Part shown: in pieces, positions 36,453 through 48,664 of the stretch
Numbering within the stretch: position 1 is the stretch's first letter
Layout of the letters: every line of letters begins with the position of its first letter
Assembly (NCBI GenBank): GCA_028534125.1
Contig: CM052817.1
Location: 107,448,319 to 107,512,000, forward strand
From: Lama glama
Taxonomy: Eukaryota
Direction of reading: 5' to 3'
Length of the DNA: 63,682 nt
Notes under the pieces: generated by a model
Databases searched by the model: none
Told to the model about the DNA's origin: nothing
The model's input: only the letters and a program-made list of their open reading frames with translations
Made by a program: the position numbers and the translations under genes

Positions 36453-36952
36453 NNNNNNNNNNNNNNNNNNNNNNNNNNNNNNNNNNNNNNNNNNNNNNNN
36501 NNNNNNNNNNNNNNNNNNNNNNNNNNNNNNNNNNNNNNNNNNNNNNNNNNNNNNNNNNNNNNNNNNNNNNNNNNNNNNNNNNNNNNNNNNNNNNNNNNNN
36601 NNNNNNNNNNNNNNNNNNNNNNNNNNNNNNNNNNNNNNNNNNNNNNNNNNNNNNNNNNNNNNNNNNNNNNNNNNNNNNNNNNNNNNNNNNNNNNNNNNNN
36701 NNNNNNNNNNNNNNNNNNNNNNNNNNNNNNNNNNNNNNNNNNNNNNNNNNNNNNNNNNNNNNNNNNNNNNNNNNNNNNNNNNNNNNNNNNNNNNNNNNNN
36801 NNNNNNNNNNNNNNNNNNNNNNNNNNNNNNNNNNNNNNNNNNNNNNNNNNNNNNNNNNNNNNNNNNNNNNNNNNNNNNNNNNNNNNNNNNNNNNNNNNNN
36901 NNNNNNNNNNNNNNNNNNNNNNNNNNNNNNNNNNNNNNNNNNNNNNNNNNNN
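36453..36952. other. Assembly gap (500 N)
   Basis: Exactly 500 N. Confidence 1.
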
Positions 36953-37760
36953 CCAGACAGTATTTGTCTTTCTCTGCCTGACTTACTTCACTTAGCATAA
37001 TGCCCTCCAACTCTATCCATATTGCTGCACATGGCAAAATTTCGTTCTTTTCATGGCTGAGTAGTATTCCATTCATGTGGATGGACACCTAGGTTGCTTC
37101 CACATGTTGTCAATTGTAAATAATATGGCTATGAACATTGGGATATAGATGTCTTTTCAAATTAGTGTTTTTGTTTTTTGGGGATATATACCCAGGAGTG
37201 GAATTGCTGGGTCAAATGGTAGCTCTCTTTTTAGTTTTTTGAGGACCCTCCATACTGTTTTACACAGTGGTCGTACCAGTTTACATTCCCACCAACAGTG
37301 CACGAGGGTTCCCCTTTCTCCACATCCTTGCCAACATTTGTTATTTGTGTTCTTGTTGATGATAGCCATTCTGCCAGGTGTGAGGTGGTATCTCATTGTG
37401 GTTTTGATTTGCATTTCCCTGGTGATTAGTGATAATTTAGCATCTGTTGGCCATCTGCATATCCTCTTTGGAAAATGTCTATTCAGGTCTTCAGGCTAGT
37501 TTTTAATCAGGTTCTTTGTTTTTTTATTTAATGTTGAGTTGTATGAGCTGTTTATAAATGTTAGCTATTAACCCATACCATTTGCAAATATTTCTCCCAT
37601 TCAGTAGTTGTCTGTTTGTCGATGGTTTCCTTTGCTGTACAAAAGCTTTTAAGCTTAATTAGGTCCCATTTGTTTATTTTTGCTTTTATTTCCTTTTCTT
37701 TATGAGACAGATCCAAAAATATTGCTGAAATTTATCTCAAAGAGTATTCCATCTATCTTT
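36953..37760 (-). mobile_element. L1 ORF2 C-terminal fragment
   Basis: ORF 37157-37414 [19 protein letters not shown]...[15 protein letters not shown] is the L1 ORF2 C-terminal Cys-rich region. Confidence 0.92.
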
Positions 37761-38559
37761 TAAATAACTAGTTAAATAATGTATTTTTAGTTCTTGTTGC
37801 ATACCATATGCAATAAATTTTGACTCCCTACAGTATAATGTGACTTTCCTTCACTTTTTCTTTCTCTCTTTCACCAAATTTCTGGCATTTCACTTTCACT
37901 TTAAATTGTTAAGGTTAATAAAATATAAGTTTTATTCAGTAATTAGAAGTAATTCTTCTTTTATTGAGTGATTGAGTCTGTAATTGGAAAATTAGCAAAT
38001 CTATTTACTTTGTTATGACTACTTTTGCTCTGGCTACCATTATGCTATGATTATATTTCTTTTTTTAGGGATCTTTCTGTTTTCTTCCTGAAGATTTTAC
38101 TTATGTTTCTAATTTGTTGCATTAACTTTTTTTTATTACATTCGCAAGTTGTTAATAACGTCTCAAGAACAATATCAAGTCTGCAAATATTTTTCTGAGA
38201 TAATTTCTTCCTGGAATTCTGTCTCTTCCAGCCACAAGGTTTATAGTGAGTTTATAACTACTTTATTCCTTTATAACAATTCTAAAGGGTTTTGATAAAG
38301 AGAAAAGTTCAGTACTTATGGTTATGCCTCCATTTCAACCTTTGTTACTCTTTGACACTTACTGAAGCAGGAAGATGCCTGCTAGGACTTAATTCTAACT
38401 TAACCTGTAAAAAAATTCAGTCTTTACGAATTATGTATAAATAAAACAGAACTCATTTTATCATTTCCCATCCCCTGTCCCGACCTGCTCTCCTTGAAAA
38501 TGCAAATATTCTGAATAGGTTAAATCTTCATTCTCAAGAAGATCCCCTGGGCCTTGTTC

Positions 38560-38990
38560 ACATCTTATTTTCAGAGTCTTGGGGAAATCTCATCTGACCC
38601 TAGTTTCAGTAACCATCCGTTTGCCGCCAAGTTCTGAATCAGTACCTCCAGCTGAGACCTTTCTCTGGATCTCCTTTCTTTCCTGGTGGCTGTATCCTGC
38701 GTGCTTTCACAAGCATCCCAACCTCAGTGGTCCAGAGCCCCTCCATCTCTCCTGCTCAGTCTACTCCGCCTCCCGTGGGCACCATCCTCTAGTCCCTCCA
38801 GCCAGGGATTTGGGAGTCACTCACAACTCCTTTGGTTTCTTCACTCCCTTGTTTCTCACCAGCCATCCGTTGCTGTCAAACCTATCCCATAAATATTTCT
38901 CAAGTTCATTCTATTTCTTAATCCCCACTGCCACCGTTTGAGCTGATGCCCTCATGTGAATTACTCCAATCATCCCAGCTAATCTCTCTG
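38560..38990 (+). mobile_element. L2 fragment
   Basis: GGGCACCATCCTCTAGTCCCTCCAGCCAGGGATTTGGGAGTCA...AATCCCCACTGCCACC. Confidence 0.6.
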
Positions 38991-40379
38991 ACTCTCCTTT
39001 ACGTCTGCCCCGGACTCCTTCCCCTCCCTTGCTTTGACTGATTTCTGTTTATTTTTTAGACAGTTTTCTTTAGGAAGACAGGCAAGAAGCCATATATGAG
39101 GTGAGATACTCCTGCTAAGTATTTCCCGTCATGTCTCCTGTCCGTAACGATACCTCACTTTGTAGTAGAATTTTCCTTTGATAGCTCATTCTATTGAAAA
39201 TGTTGTCTTTCCTACTCAATATTATGTTGCTGGTGCCTGGCACACCATCTGGGAGACAGAAGAGGTGAAACACATATTTTGGGGTTTTGAATGAATAAAT
39301 GAATGCAAATATTCCATTGGAAGTGCTTTCTCTATTTTGATCTTTGTAGTGTCTGAATATGATATTAAGTTAATCATGTACCCAGAGTCAACTCTTGACC
39401 AACGCATTTCTCGATTGTTAAGCAACTATTATCTTGAGTTTCACCCACAAATGGAGTTTTTTCTTTCCTTGCCTGCAAAAGCATTTCTCACTGTTGGGTT
39501 TTACTTCCTACTGATCAGGGCTGTGAGTGTGTCATTTGTTGTTCTCTGGAGGCCTCCTGGTTTCTCAGGATGCTTTTGTAATAACTGAGTCATTAGATTT
39601 TTCATTAAGAGAAGTTTTCAGTTTGAAATATGGTAAAGGGTTTTATCTACAAAGGCAAAGTGTAACTGAATAGAGATTAAACCCTTGGATATACACCTGA
39701 CAAATCAGAATATAGTAAACCTCTGAGTGATTATCTTAACGGAGCATATTCTAAATATCTACCATGTAAATGCTAAAACTGGAAACTGCCTCAGCCATGA
39801 ATTTAACACATGGAATGACAAATATGTGAGGGCATGGTGGCCGCATTGTTAAAGGAACTTAACGTAGGAAGGTGATGAATGAATGATTTAGAAGTAGTAG
39901 AGATGGAACAGGGCCAAGATAAACCCTTTTTTCCTATTTCACTGAGTTAAAGAGGAACTGGAAAACGTGAACCTTCAACAAAGTGAGCAGCTGGGGATGT
40001 GCTGTAAAAAACCTTCATTATCTTCCCTGTATTAGATCTCATGTTCATTAATTTGTCCTTGAACTCCTCAGGCAGGTGTCTTTGAAGCTACCAGCAGCCA
40101 CAAAGCAGTTGGTGTCAAGCCAGGAGCCCAAAGACATGTGTACATACTGTTTCCTACTTTGATAACTTAAGCGTGCTTTCTGAATCAGTCCTTTGGATAT
40201 TTCCCTCTTGTTTACTTTGATAAAACTGCATGTTTTTAGATGTCTTTTCCCTCATCTCCTTAGGTGCTTTGAACACACAGGGACATGCTGTAGGACCCAA
40301 GAGGACTATACAAATGATTTCTAGGTGATAAATATCAGAGTGTAGTCATTAAGTTTCGAAGATGTGTTTTATAACATGG

Positions 40380-40712
40380 ATGAATATATGGAGCACAAGG
40401 GACTTTTAGGGCAATAAAATTATTCTGTATGATATTGTAGTGGTGGCTACATGTCATTATGCATTTGTCAAAACCCATAGAATGTGCAACAGCAAGAGTG
40501 AATCCTAATGTAAACTATGGACTTTGGTTGATAATAATGTGTCCATGTTGGTTCACTGATTGTACCAAATATGCCTCACTGATGAGGGATGCTGAGGGTA
40601 GGGGAGTATATATGTGTGGGTGGGAAGGGCTATGTGTGAACTCTGTATTTTTGCTCAGTTCTGCTGTGAACCTGAAACTGCTCTTAAAAATTAAAGTCTA
40701 TTGAAAAAAAAG
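40380..40712 (+). mobile_element. Old L1 (L1MB/MC) 3' end
   Basis: ATTCTGTATGATATTGTAGTGGTGG.TACATGTCATTATGCATTTGTCAAAACCCATAGAATGT...TGTGAACCTGAAACTGCTCTTAAAAATTAAAGTCTATT. Confidence 0.85.
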
Positions 40713-41409
40713 AAAATTTACATGGTATACCTAGAGTTTAAAAAAATATGTTTTTATGGACACTATCTATAAAAGTGAACAACAGGTGACAATGAGTGAA
40801 CTGCTTTACGATAGAACACAGCAGAATATTAAGAAATAAGACACTAGGTAACAAACTTGGTTTATGTTATATGGGCATCTTGGTCTCTATAGGAAGATAT
40901 TTACAAGATGATGGGCTCACGGAAGTATGTATGGTCATGATGCTACCCAGAGGATCCTTTATTTGATGTTACAGTCTCAGGGAGGTCAACTCAACCCTGC
41001 AGCACGTGCTTGTTAAACCTGGACCTGAGATGCTGGGTTCGTCTCACTGGAAAAGGCTTCCTAGTTCTCCTTCCAGTGCTTCCACTGCAATATTTATGCT
41101 CCTAGGGTCACACAGCTAACTGACAAAAATGATCTCTTGAAGTCACACAATTGGCTTCAATCCAGAGGGACTGTGAATAAAATATGTGTTAGCAGGCTAC
41201 TTTCACGGTGGGCTCATCAGCCTGGGAGGTAGGTCATTTATGAGAAAGTTTTAGAGTTAATATCCCATCTCGCATGTTGGTACAGATAATTAACATGGTT
41301 TTCCTGCTCAAGGAAAGTCATCTAAACCTATTTCTTCTTCTGCAGAACTGAGAGAGCTACAAAAAGTTATCCTTTAACACAGCATATAAGGGAAAATATG
41401 CTACATTCT

Positions 41410-41906
41410 GCTTCTCTGCAGAACCAATTAAGGAGGGGAGAGAAAGAGAGACAGAGAGATGTCTATGCATAAAGAGTTTTATTGTAAGGTATTGGCTCAC
41501 ATGATTGCAGAGGCCGAGAAGTCACATGATTTGCCATCTGCAAGGCAGCGACCCAGGAGAGCTGCTGGTGCAGTTTAAAGGCCTGAGAACCAGAGGGCCA
41601 GTGGTGTAGACTCCAGTCTGAGTTAGAAAGCTTGAGAATCAGGCGTGCCCAGGACAGGCCTCAGTCAATGTTCCAACTCAGTTCATCAGGCTGAGAGCAA
41701 ATTCAACTTTCCTCTGCCTTTCTGTTCTCTTCAGGGTTGGGGATGCCTTCCCACATTGGTGAGGGCCATCCCTTTCACTCATTTCACCAATTTGAATGCT
41801 AATCTCTTCTGGAAACACCTTCACAGACACACGCAGAAACAATGTTTAACCAGCATCCTGGGCATCCCTTCACCCAGTCAAGTCGACACACAACATTAAC
41901 CATCCC
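41410..41906 (-). mobile_element. MLT2 (ERVL) LTR
   Basis: ATTGGCTCACATGATT..GAGGCCGAGAAGTC...AAAGGCCTGAGAACC...AAACACCTTCACAGACACAC.CAGAAACAATGTTTAACCAG...CCCAGTCAAGTCGACACA. Confidence 0.85.
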
Positions 41907-42489
41907 AACTACCCAACGCACAGAGCTGCCTTCTCTTTAGAACTTGACCTCAGTTCCATGTTGCTGTTCAGCCAGACACTAAGTCACGTGGCATAGTTAG
42001 CTTTTCATAGCTTTCCTAACCGAGCATGTGGAGCCTCTTGTCCTGGAGCAGATCTACGGCTGCTTGGCACTCTCTCTCCCTTCCTAATCAGGATAATGCC
42101 ACCTGCCTTACCCTGTGCCATGAATCCGGCCTGCGGTCTCTTAGGCAAGGTCCTTTGGTCATTCCTAAGGAAACTACCAAATTGCTAGACAGACATTGCA
42201 GATGCTGCAGAAATATAGGTTGTTTGCATGGTTAATTGCCTGAACATAAATTACATTTGCTCAGTTAAGAGTCTGGCCAGCAGACTGGGAGGTTGCCCGA
42301 GGAGCAGTTCAGTGAGCCCCTCCCAGGCAACCCACAAATGCCCTGGGAGGTCAGGTCCTCAGAGAACAAGAAGAGACCTTGTAAGAAACAAATGGAAGGC
42401 ATCTAAATATCAGGGTATTCATATTTCTTCTTTCAACTAACATTTGTTCAGTAGGTACCCTGTGCCAGACACCAGAACAAAGGGTTTTC

Positions 42490-42650
42490 CATATAACAAT
42501 AATTACAGGGACAGTATTATTTTTCAGAGAAGAAAATTGGACTTAGAGAATTAAGCAACTTGCTCAAAGTCACAGAGCTTAAGTGGCACTCAGCGGTTGG
42601 GATTTGAAACTAAGTCTGGTCTAGATTTACAGTGCGTGCTGTTGACAAGG
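42490..42650 (-). mobile_element. MIR SINE
   Basis: ATTATTTTTCAGAAGAAAATTG..CTTAGAGA.TTAAGCAACTTGCTCAAAGTCACAGAGCT...GGGATTTGAAAC. Confidence 0.7.
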
Positions 42651-45600
42651 GAGATGTTCTTTGTTACCACCATGTTTGAGAGATGCTGGCGACGCTGTCA
42701 GAGAGCAAGTTATCTCAGCAGATCGCCCTGAGGGTGGTCAGTAGCTGCCTTTAAAAACTCAGTCTCCTTCCCCAGCTTGCTCTGTGGCATTTATTTAACT
42801 CTGTCTCATCTTCTTAGGCATGTTTCCTGTAAATGTTTCCAGTTTTAGGTCAACTGTCCTTGCTCTGTGTTTCCTTCAAAGGTTGTAACACTAGCTTGCT
42901 CTGAGGGAGTGATTTTTGCCTTAACATTCCCTGCTACATAAGAATAAAGGGACATCTGAGATTTCCTTACGTAATTACTGCATAACCTGCCCTGGCCCTC
43001 GCCCCCCAAAAGGATGTAAACCAACGTGATCCTGGTTATCATTCCCAGGGGGGTTTGAGGGTTGATATGTTCATGTGTGTGTGCGTGCATACACTTTGGG
43101 AGAGCAAAGATAAAACATGATAAATCTTTGTTAACCTTAAGATCTCTTCATTTTCTGTAGTAATTGCACAAGAATGACATGTGAAAGTAATTACGGAAGG
43201 TCACCCTGAGGAGTGCCCCAGTTAAAATGCTTCAGGTTGATTTTATTCATTAGAAGACTGAGTATGGGGGGGAAGTTGGGTTTTTGTAAAAGTTATTTCC
43301 AAACGGAGTCAAATAAATCTATTTAAAATCACTAGGTCAGGCATCCTTCTATTTCAGTGAAGTGATTCTCTGAAAAATACGCATCTCACTTTGTTGACAA
43401 AGACCGCTAATGTCTTTTATTTGGCCTTTTCTACCCACTCCACTCAGTGAATTGGTTTTTACCCAAGTGTTTCATACACGTTGTCTTATTTGACCATCTG
43501 TTGTCTTTGCAACACTGATTTGCTCTGAGTTTTATTTATTTGTAATTTTCAAAGTAGTTTCTCAGTGAGTTGTCCATTTAATTATTTTTAGAGATATTCA
43601 TGTTAATATGAGAATACAGGCAATTTATTGTCTTTTAAAGGATCACCATGGCCATACTTGGTAAATATGCCTGATTCTCGGCTGTGTATGTGTTTCATGT
43701 ATGGCTGTCAGTCCGGGATGATGGACTGCAGTGAAGATGGGTCAGGACAAAACGACACAGTACCCAGAGAGCCTGTGGATGAGACACAGAGAGAAAGACA
43801 TGAGGCTACAAGCTGGAGAAAGTGAAGTCAGTTACACTGAATATGAGAAAAGAGAGTACCATAAATTCAGAAGATGAAACTGACATCAGGGTCAAGGGAT
43901 GGTGACAAAGTCAAAGGAGTCAAAGAAGTCATGGGAAATTCTGTTGGAAGAGTTGGAGGGGAAATATGGAGGTGGTGGTATATTAGGACAAGAGTCCAGG
44001 AAATAAGATTTAACTGAACAGGAATACAGAAGCTAGGAAGTCTCAGAGTCTAATAACATTTGGTGGGTCCATACACGTGTCTTATATGAGTATAACTCCT
44101 CATCTCTGGAAGCTGGGTGGCACTTCCCAGTCTAGAGAAAGGCATGACATTGAAGTTTGGGGTAAATTTCAGAAGGGGAAGGCTAGATAATCCAGGGTAT
44201 TGCCTTCTTGACTGGCATATTTTGAGGAATAATGATACAATATTGGTAATTCGTAGGGCTCACTTGAGAATTACGGCATACCAGTCTTTTTCGTGCCAGA
44301 TACCAGCTAACTGTCTATGATCAGGAGTTTCAGCTATCGATATTTGCCCATCTTTTCAATGGTAATATTGGGTTTTGTTTTTCGATAATCTTAAAATTTA
44401 TCTCTGCAGTAAATAAAAAGGAAACCATGAAATTACTGTAGAAATTCCAGTTAGAGGCTAGTATTCTCATGAAAATAAGCAGTCCATTTTCCGTATACAA
44501 CCCATTCCTAGTCAACACATATCACCCCTGTGTCAGAACACTCCAGTTCTGATGGCAAGATAGGAGTTACCCACCACTTGATAAGGTCAGCAATATGATT
44601 CATGGATGCAAAACAGGCAATTTTTGGAAAGACCAGGTGCTGGTTTATGCAACTGGTCTGTTGACAGACCCAGCAGATGGCTCAGAAAGGCAGGCTTAGG
44701 AACACTCCATGTGGATCTTTCCATAAACATGAATCGTTCTTGAAAAATTCATTCAGTTTTATTGGATGTGGAACTCTTCTTCCCATCAGGGATGAACGTT
44801 TCCATTCACCAATGTCAAAATACTAAATTTCAAGAGCAGAGCTTTAGAAGAGGTACAAGTGTTTACTTTTTAAAAAGAGATAGCTTAAACTCTATCAGGG
44901 GTCTTAAATGATAATTTGTATAAACCAGGATGTTTTCATGGAAAAAGAGGTCATAGTGAAAACCACTGGGATTCTGTGATACTGAGATAATGCCAGCATT
45001 ATAATGCTAAATTAGTAAACTTGCACTTTATTTCTCCCTCTCCCAGTGATTGAATTTACTGGATAACCTTAAATGAATTGTTTAATATCTTTGTTCCTCC
45101 ATTCTTCCTTTTGAAAATGTAAATTAAGTTGACACACAGTATAAATAAGTTTATGTCTAATCCCTGGATGGTTAGGTGTTTTGTATAAACTAATGGCACT
45201 GTCTCTCTTCCAATGAATCCATAAGCCAAGATTTTATAAGAATCAGACATGAAAATGGTAAACCCTGTTTACTCCTTTTCTGAAAGTGATACATGACAGA
45301 TTAATGCAGTTCACTAACCATTACCTTTTTCCCCCCAATACAAAAATTTTCTTGAATTACTACAAGAATTACTACAGAATTACTACTTCTCTTTTCAAAT
45401 TATTTTCATGAATCATTCGAATTTGCTCATTGTGTTTTTATTCTGAATAAATCATGTGTTTTTAAATAGGTCCTCCCCCTCAATACTTTATAAGCACATT
45501 TTGTCTTTTAGATTGAGTCTGTGGTCCTTTAGAGTAATGATTTGGCTCTGAGACCCCACTCTAAAATTTAAACCAAGAGTATAATAGTTCTCAAAAGCCA

Positions 45601-45879
45601 TCTTGAATAAAATTAATGGTAAAGTATTTTATGGAATTTTCCTCAATTTACCATTAAAATACTAATTCAGGTTCTCCTGCTAATTTAAGGACAAGGAGAT
45701 ATCAATAGAAAAATGAGCACACTTATTACTAAGAATGACATCTAAGTAAAACCATTGATTGATTGGGTTATTTTATTATTCTGTAATGAGATTCTTGATT
45801 CTAATTACATATAACTTAAAAATTATTTAATTAATTTGTTTTATGTGAAGTTGGACATCAAATTTTGCTGCTTAGTGGG

Positions 45880-46005
45880 AGTTTAAAATTTGAGACATAG
45901 ATCTTTCCTCTGGATAGTCTGATCTAATTATTCTGGATGTGGCTTTGGTCTTGGGAGTTTTAAGAGCTCACAAGGTGACTCTAATGTGCAGCCCTTGGTC
46001 TAGAG
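45880..46005. mobile_element. MER5-like hAT fragment
   Basis: TTTTAAGAGCTC.CAAGGTGACTCTAATGTGCAGCC...GGTCTAGA. Confidence 0.55.
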
Positions 46006-46167
46006 ACAGGACATGACTGGGAATCCAAAGGCATCACCTTCTGACACCACAGCCTACAAATTTCAGGACAAGTCAAGAGCAACTTAACTCAGATGGGGCT
46101 TGAGAGTGGTGCTAATACCAAAGTGTTGGTCACTCTCTCACGTGTGAGGATGACCAAAAGGGGGAAC

Positions 46168-46475
46168 TGTTTAATTAATTAACCAAGGAGACCAGAGACC
46201 GATGATGCTCTAATGCCATCGTGGCTGACACAAACAACCCCAAATCTGAGCTTATGGCTCCTCAAGTTTACAAAACTGAAACCTGAAGTCAGTCAATCAC
46301 AAAGAGTCACCTGCACTGTAAGCTCTAGCCCATTGGTAATTTGCATTCTGTGTTTTAACCTTTTCTCTGTAAAAGTTCTCCCCTTATCCCTCTTGGTGGG
46401 TCTTTCCTAACTAGTTTGGTCCTGCTCACTTAGAATTGTTTTTCCTCAAATAAACTCTTAAAATAAAATGTAAAA
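46168..46475 (+). mobile_element. ERV1-type LTR fragment
   Basis: TGTTTAATTAATTAACCAAGGAG...AAACTGAAACCTGAAGTCAGTCAATCAC...CTCAAATAAACTCTTAAAAT. Confidence 0.55.
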
Positions 46476-47807
46476 AAAGACATCAGCTCTAATGATAACC
46501 TTCATTAAGTAGGATATTTTGCCTGAGGATAAAGTACAGGACAGTGGGTAGACGTTACACTTAACAGCACCACCTCCAGCTAAGATGAATCTTCAGTATG
46601 GTAGATTGTGTTTTATTCTTCTCATCTAGAAGACTCGGCCTTGTAAAGTATGGCCTTAGGTCAGCCGTGATGAAATCATTCTGGGCTTTGGGAGGTCTTA
46701 CCTAATTCTCTACTGTATACCTTTTCTGTGATATTTTAATGGTGGGTAGAAACCCATCCCTGAATAACAGGAATAAACCTTTGACTTTTTCTAATCACCT
46801 CTTCCAGCAACAGTATCACAGCTGAGCAGGAGAATAAAATCATTTCCTAAGACTTCCATGGGATTTCTCTTTAGAAATCTTTGAGGACAATTTTTCTTTA
46901 AATATAATGAAAAACTTTGCTTTTTTCCTCATAAATCTTGAATATACAAGGGATGGAGAGATTTTTGTTCTGGAGAGATTTTTGAAAAATTTCTGGAGAA
47001 AGCTGAGTGACTTTCTTATGGGTATAATTATTCAGAAAATATACCAGATTCCTTCCTAGCCAATGACAAGTTAAACTAAGAGCTGCTACTCTAGGAAATG
47101 AAAATAGGAAAGGTGGCATAAATCAGTGTTTCCACAATTACAAATGTCATTTAGGTGTTCTGCCCTGTGTTCACCTGGGTGACCGACTGTCCTCTCAGCT
47201 CCCAGCCTCCTGAGTGTAGCTGAGATGATCACTGCTGGTTCCCAGTTTGAAGATACTTGAGTTTAGAGTGAAACGCAACTGACGTTAGCTCTGAAGGCAA
47301 TGATGACACTTTTCTTTTTTTTTTTTTTTAAAAGGTTTAGTTTTTTTTTAAAACACCTTTATTGTGGCATAATTCCCATGCAGTAAACTACACATATTTC
47401 AGATGTACAATTTGATGAATTTTGATAGATATATATACACTCATGAAACCACCACCTTAATCAAGATAGCTAACATTTCCATCACTCCCCAAGAGGTGCA
47501 CTTTTGACTGCAGAATTTACCTCTAAATTGCTTTAGTCTCAGAGAGGCTCTGCAGCCTTGCCTGTCCCTTCCACTGTCCCTTGAACTCTCCTGGCCCTGA
47601 ACTATATGACCTTTCACATACTGGCTCCTACCTGCATCTCCATTTGCTCTCCAAATTCACAGTTCCTCTGCCATATTGTACTATTTACTGTCACCCCGGC
47701 AAGTCTGTATTCTGGCACCACTTGAGGGAGTCCAGGCATGGTCTGGGCCTTCTCATCTGAGGCAAAAGGGAAAACAACACAAGGGCATAATAAAATGATG
47801 AACGTGA

Positions 47808-47905
47808 AATGTGAAAAGAAGTTTTTCAATAAAGAAATACGAAAACCAAAGAATGTGAAAAGAATGTGAAAAGAATTTTTTCAATAAAGAAATACAAAAA
47901 CCAAA
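47808..47905. repeat. Local duplication: two 43-bp copies with a 12-bp partial copy between them
   Basis: AATGTGAAAAGAA(G/T)TTTTTCAATAAAGAAATAC(G/A)AAAACCAAA at 47808-47850 and 47863-47905. Confidence 0.9.
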
Positions 47906-48029
47906 CATAGAAAACTGTAAGATACCTAGGTAATCAAGTGATGCTAATTATAACAAAATATCCATTTCAGCTATCCAGTTGATTCAAAATCTTAAAACAT
48001 CTTAGGATTGGTGGTGAGTGATTGTTTTA

Positions 48030-48480
48030 ATGCTACCTGGGTTTGGTTTTCAGCAGGCACGGTGAGACGCAGACACAGAAGCGACTGTCAGGAAGGAAGA
48101 AGTTTCTCTTACACGCATAATCCCCTATGAACGGGGGGGTAAGGCAAGATGGGCAGACGGAGAGGGAGAGGAAATGGGTGGGTGGGAGCCTTTCCTGTGG
48201 CTTCTGTGGGAAGGACTGGACATGGTAGGCAAGCTGAGCAGGAATGGATCATCTGAATGACTTCTGTGGGCTCTGGACTGTTGAAGTGGCTCCAAGTGGT
48301 CCAGTAACTGGCCTTGGGGTGACTAGGGTGGGGCTTCATGTTCCCAGACAGTGAGACCCTGATAAAATGAGGTGGATGAGGTTATGACTCAGTCGGTTAG
48401 TTTTCATATCAAAGGCATGCTGCCAGGTAAGCCCTTTACTCTCTCTAGGAATCAGCAGACCTGGAACTAGTGTCTCCTCC
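48030..48480. mobile_element. Probable old LTR element (family uncertain)
   Basis: GGTGAGACGCAGACACAGAA...GTTTTCATATCAAAGGC...AGCCCTTT..CTCTCTAGGAAT resembles ERVL-type LTRs. Confidence 0.35.
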
Positions 48481-48664
48481 CATCAGCAAGGCCCCAGATG
48501 CCAGGACATCAAAAATACAGAGAAAAAGAAAATAGAGCCAATATGATGATCACAGACAGTCTCAGATCCACACCGTGAAAAAATTTCTGTCTTGAATCTT
48601 CTCTGTAGAGAGAAACAACGAATTAGGGTTGCTCAGAGAGTCTTGCAAGAAAAGACGTTGGAAG

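Noticed and set aside
37149..37499. ORFs at 5415, 5847, 17519, 37157, 49807, 52359, 62019 and 63143 as host genes
   Set aside because: Degenerate L1 ORF2/3'UTR translations or their antisense.
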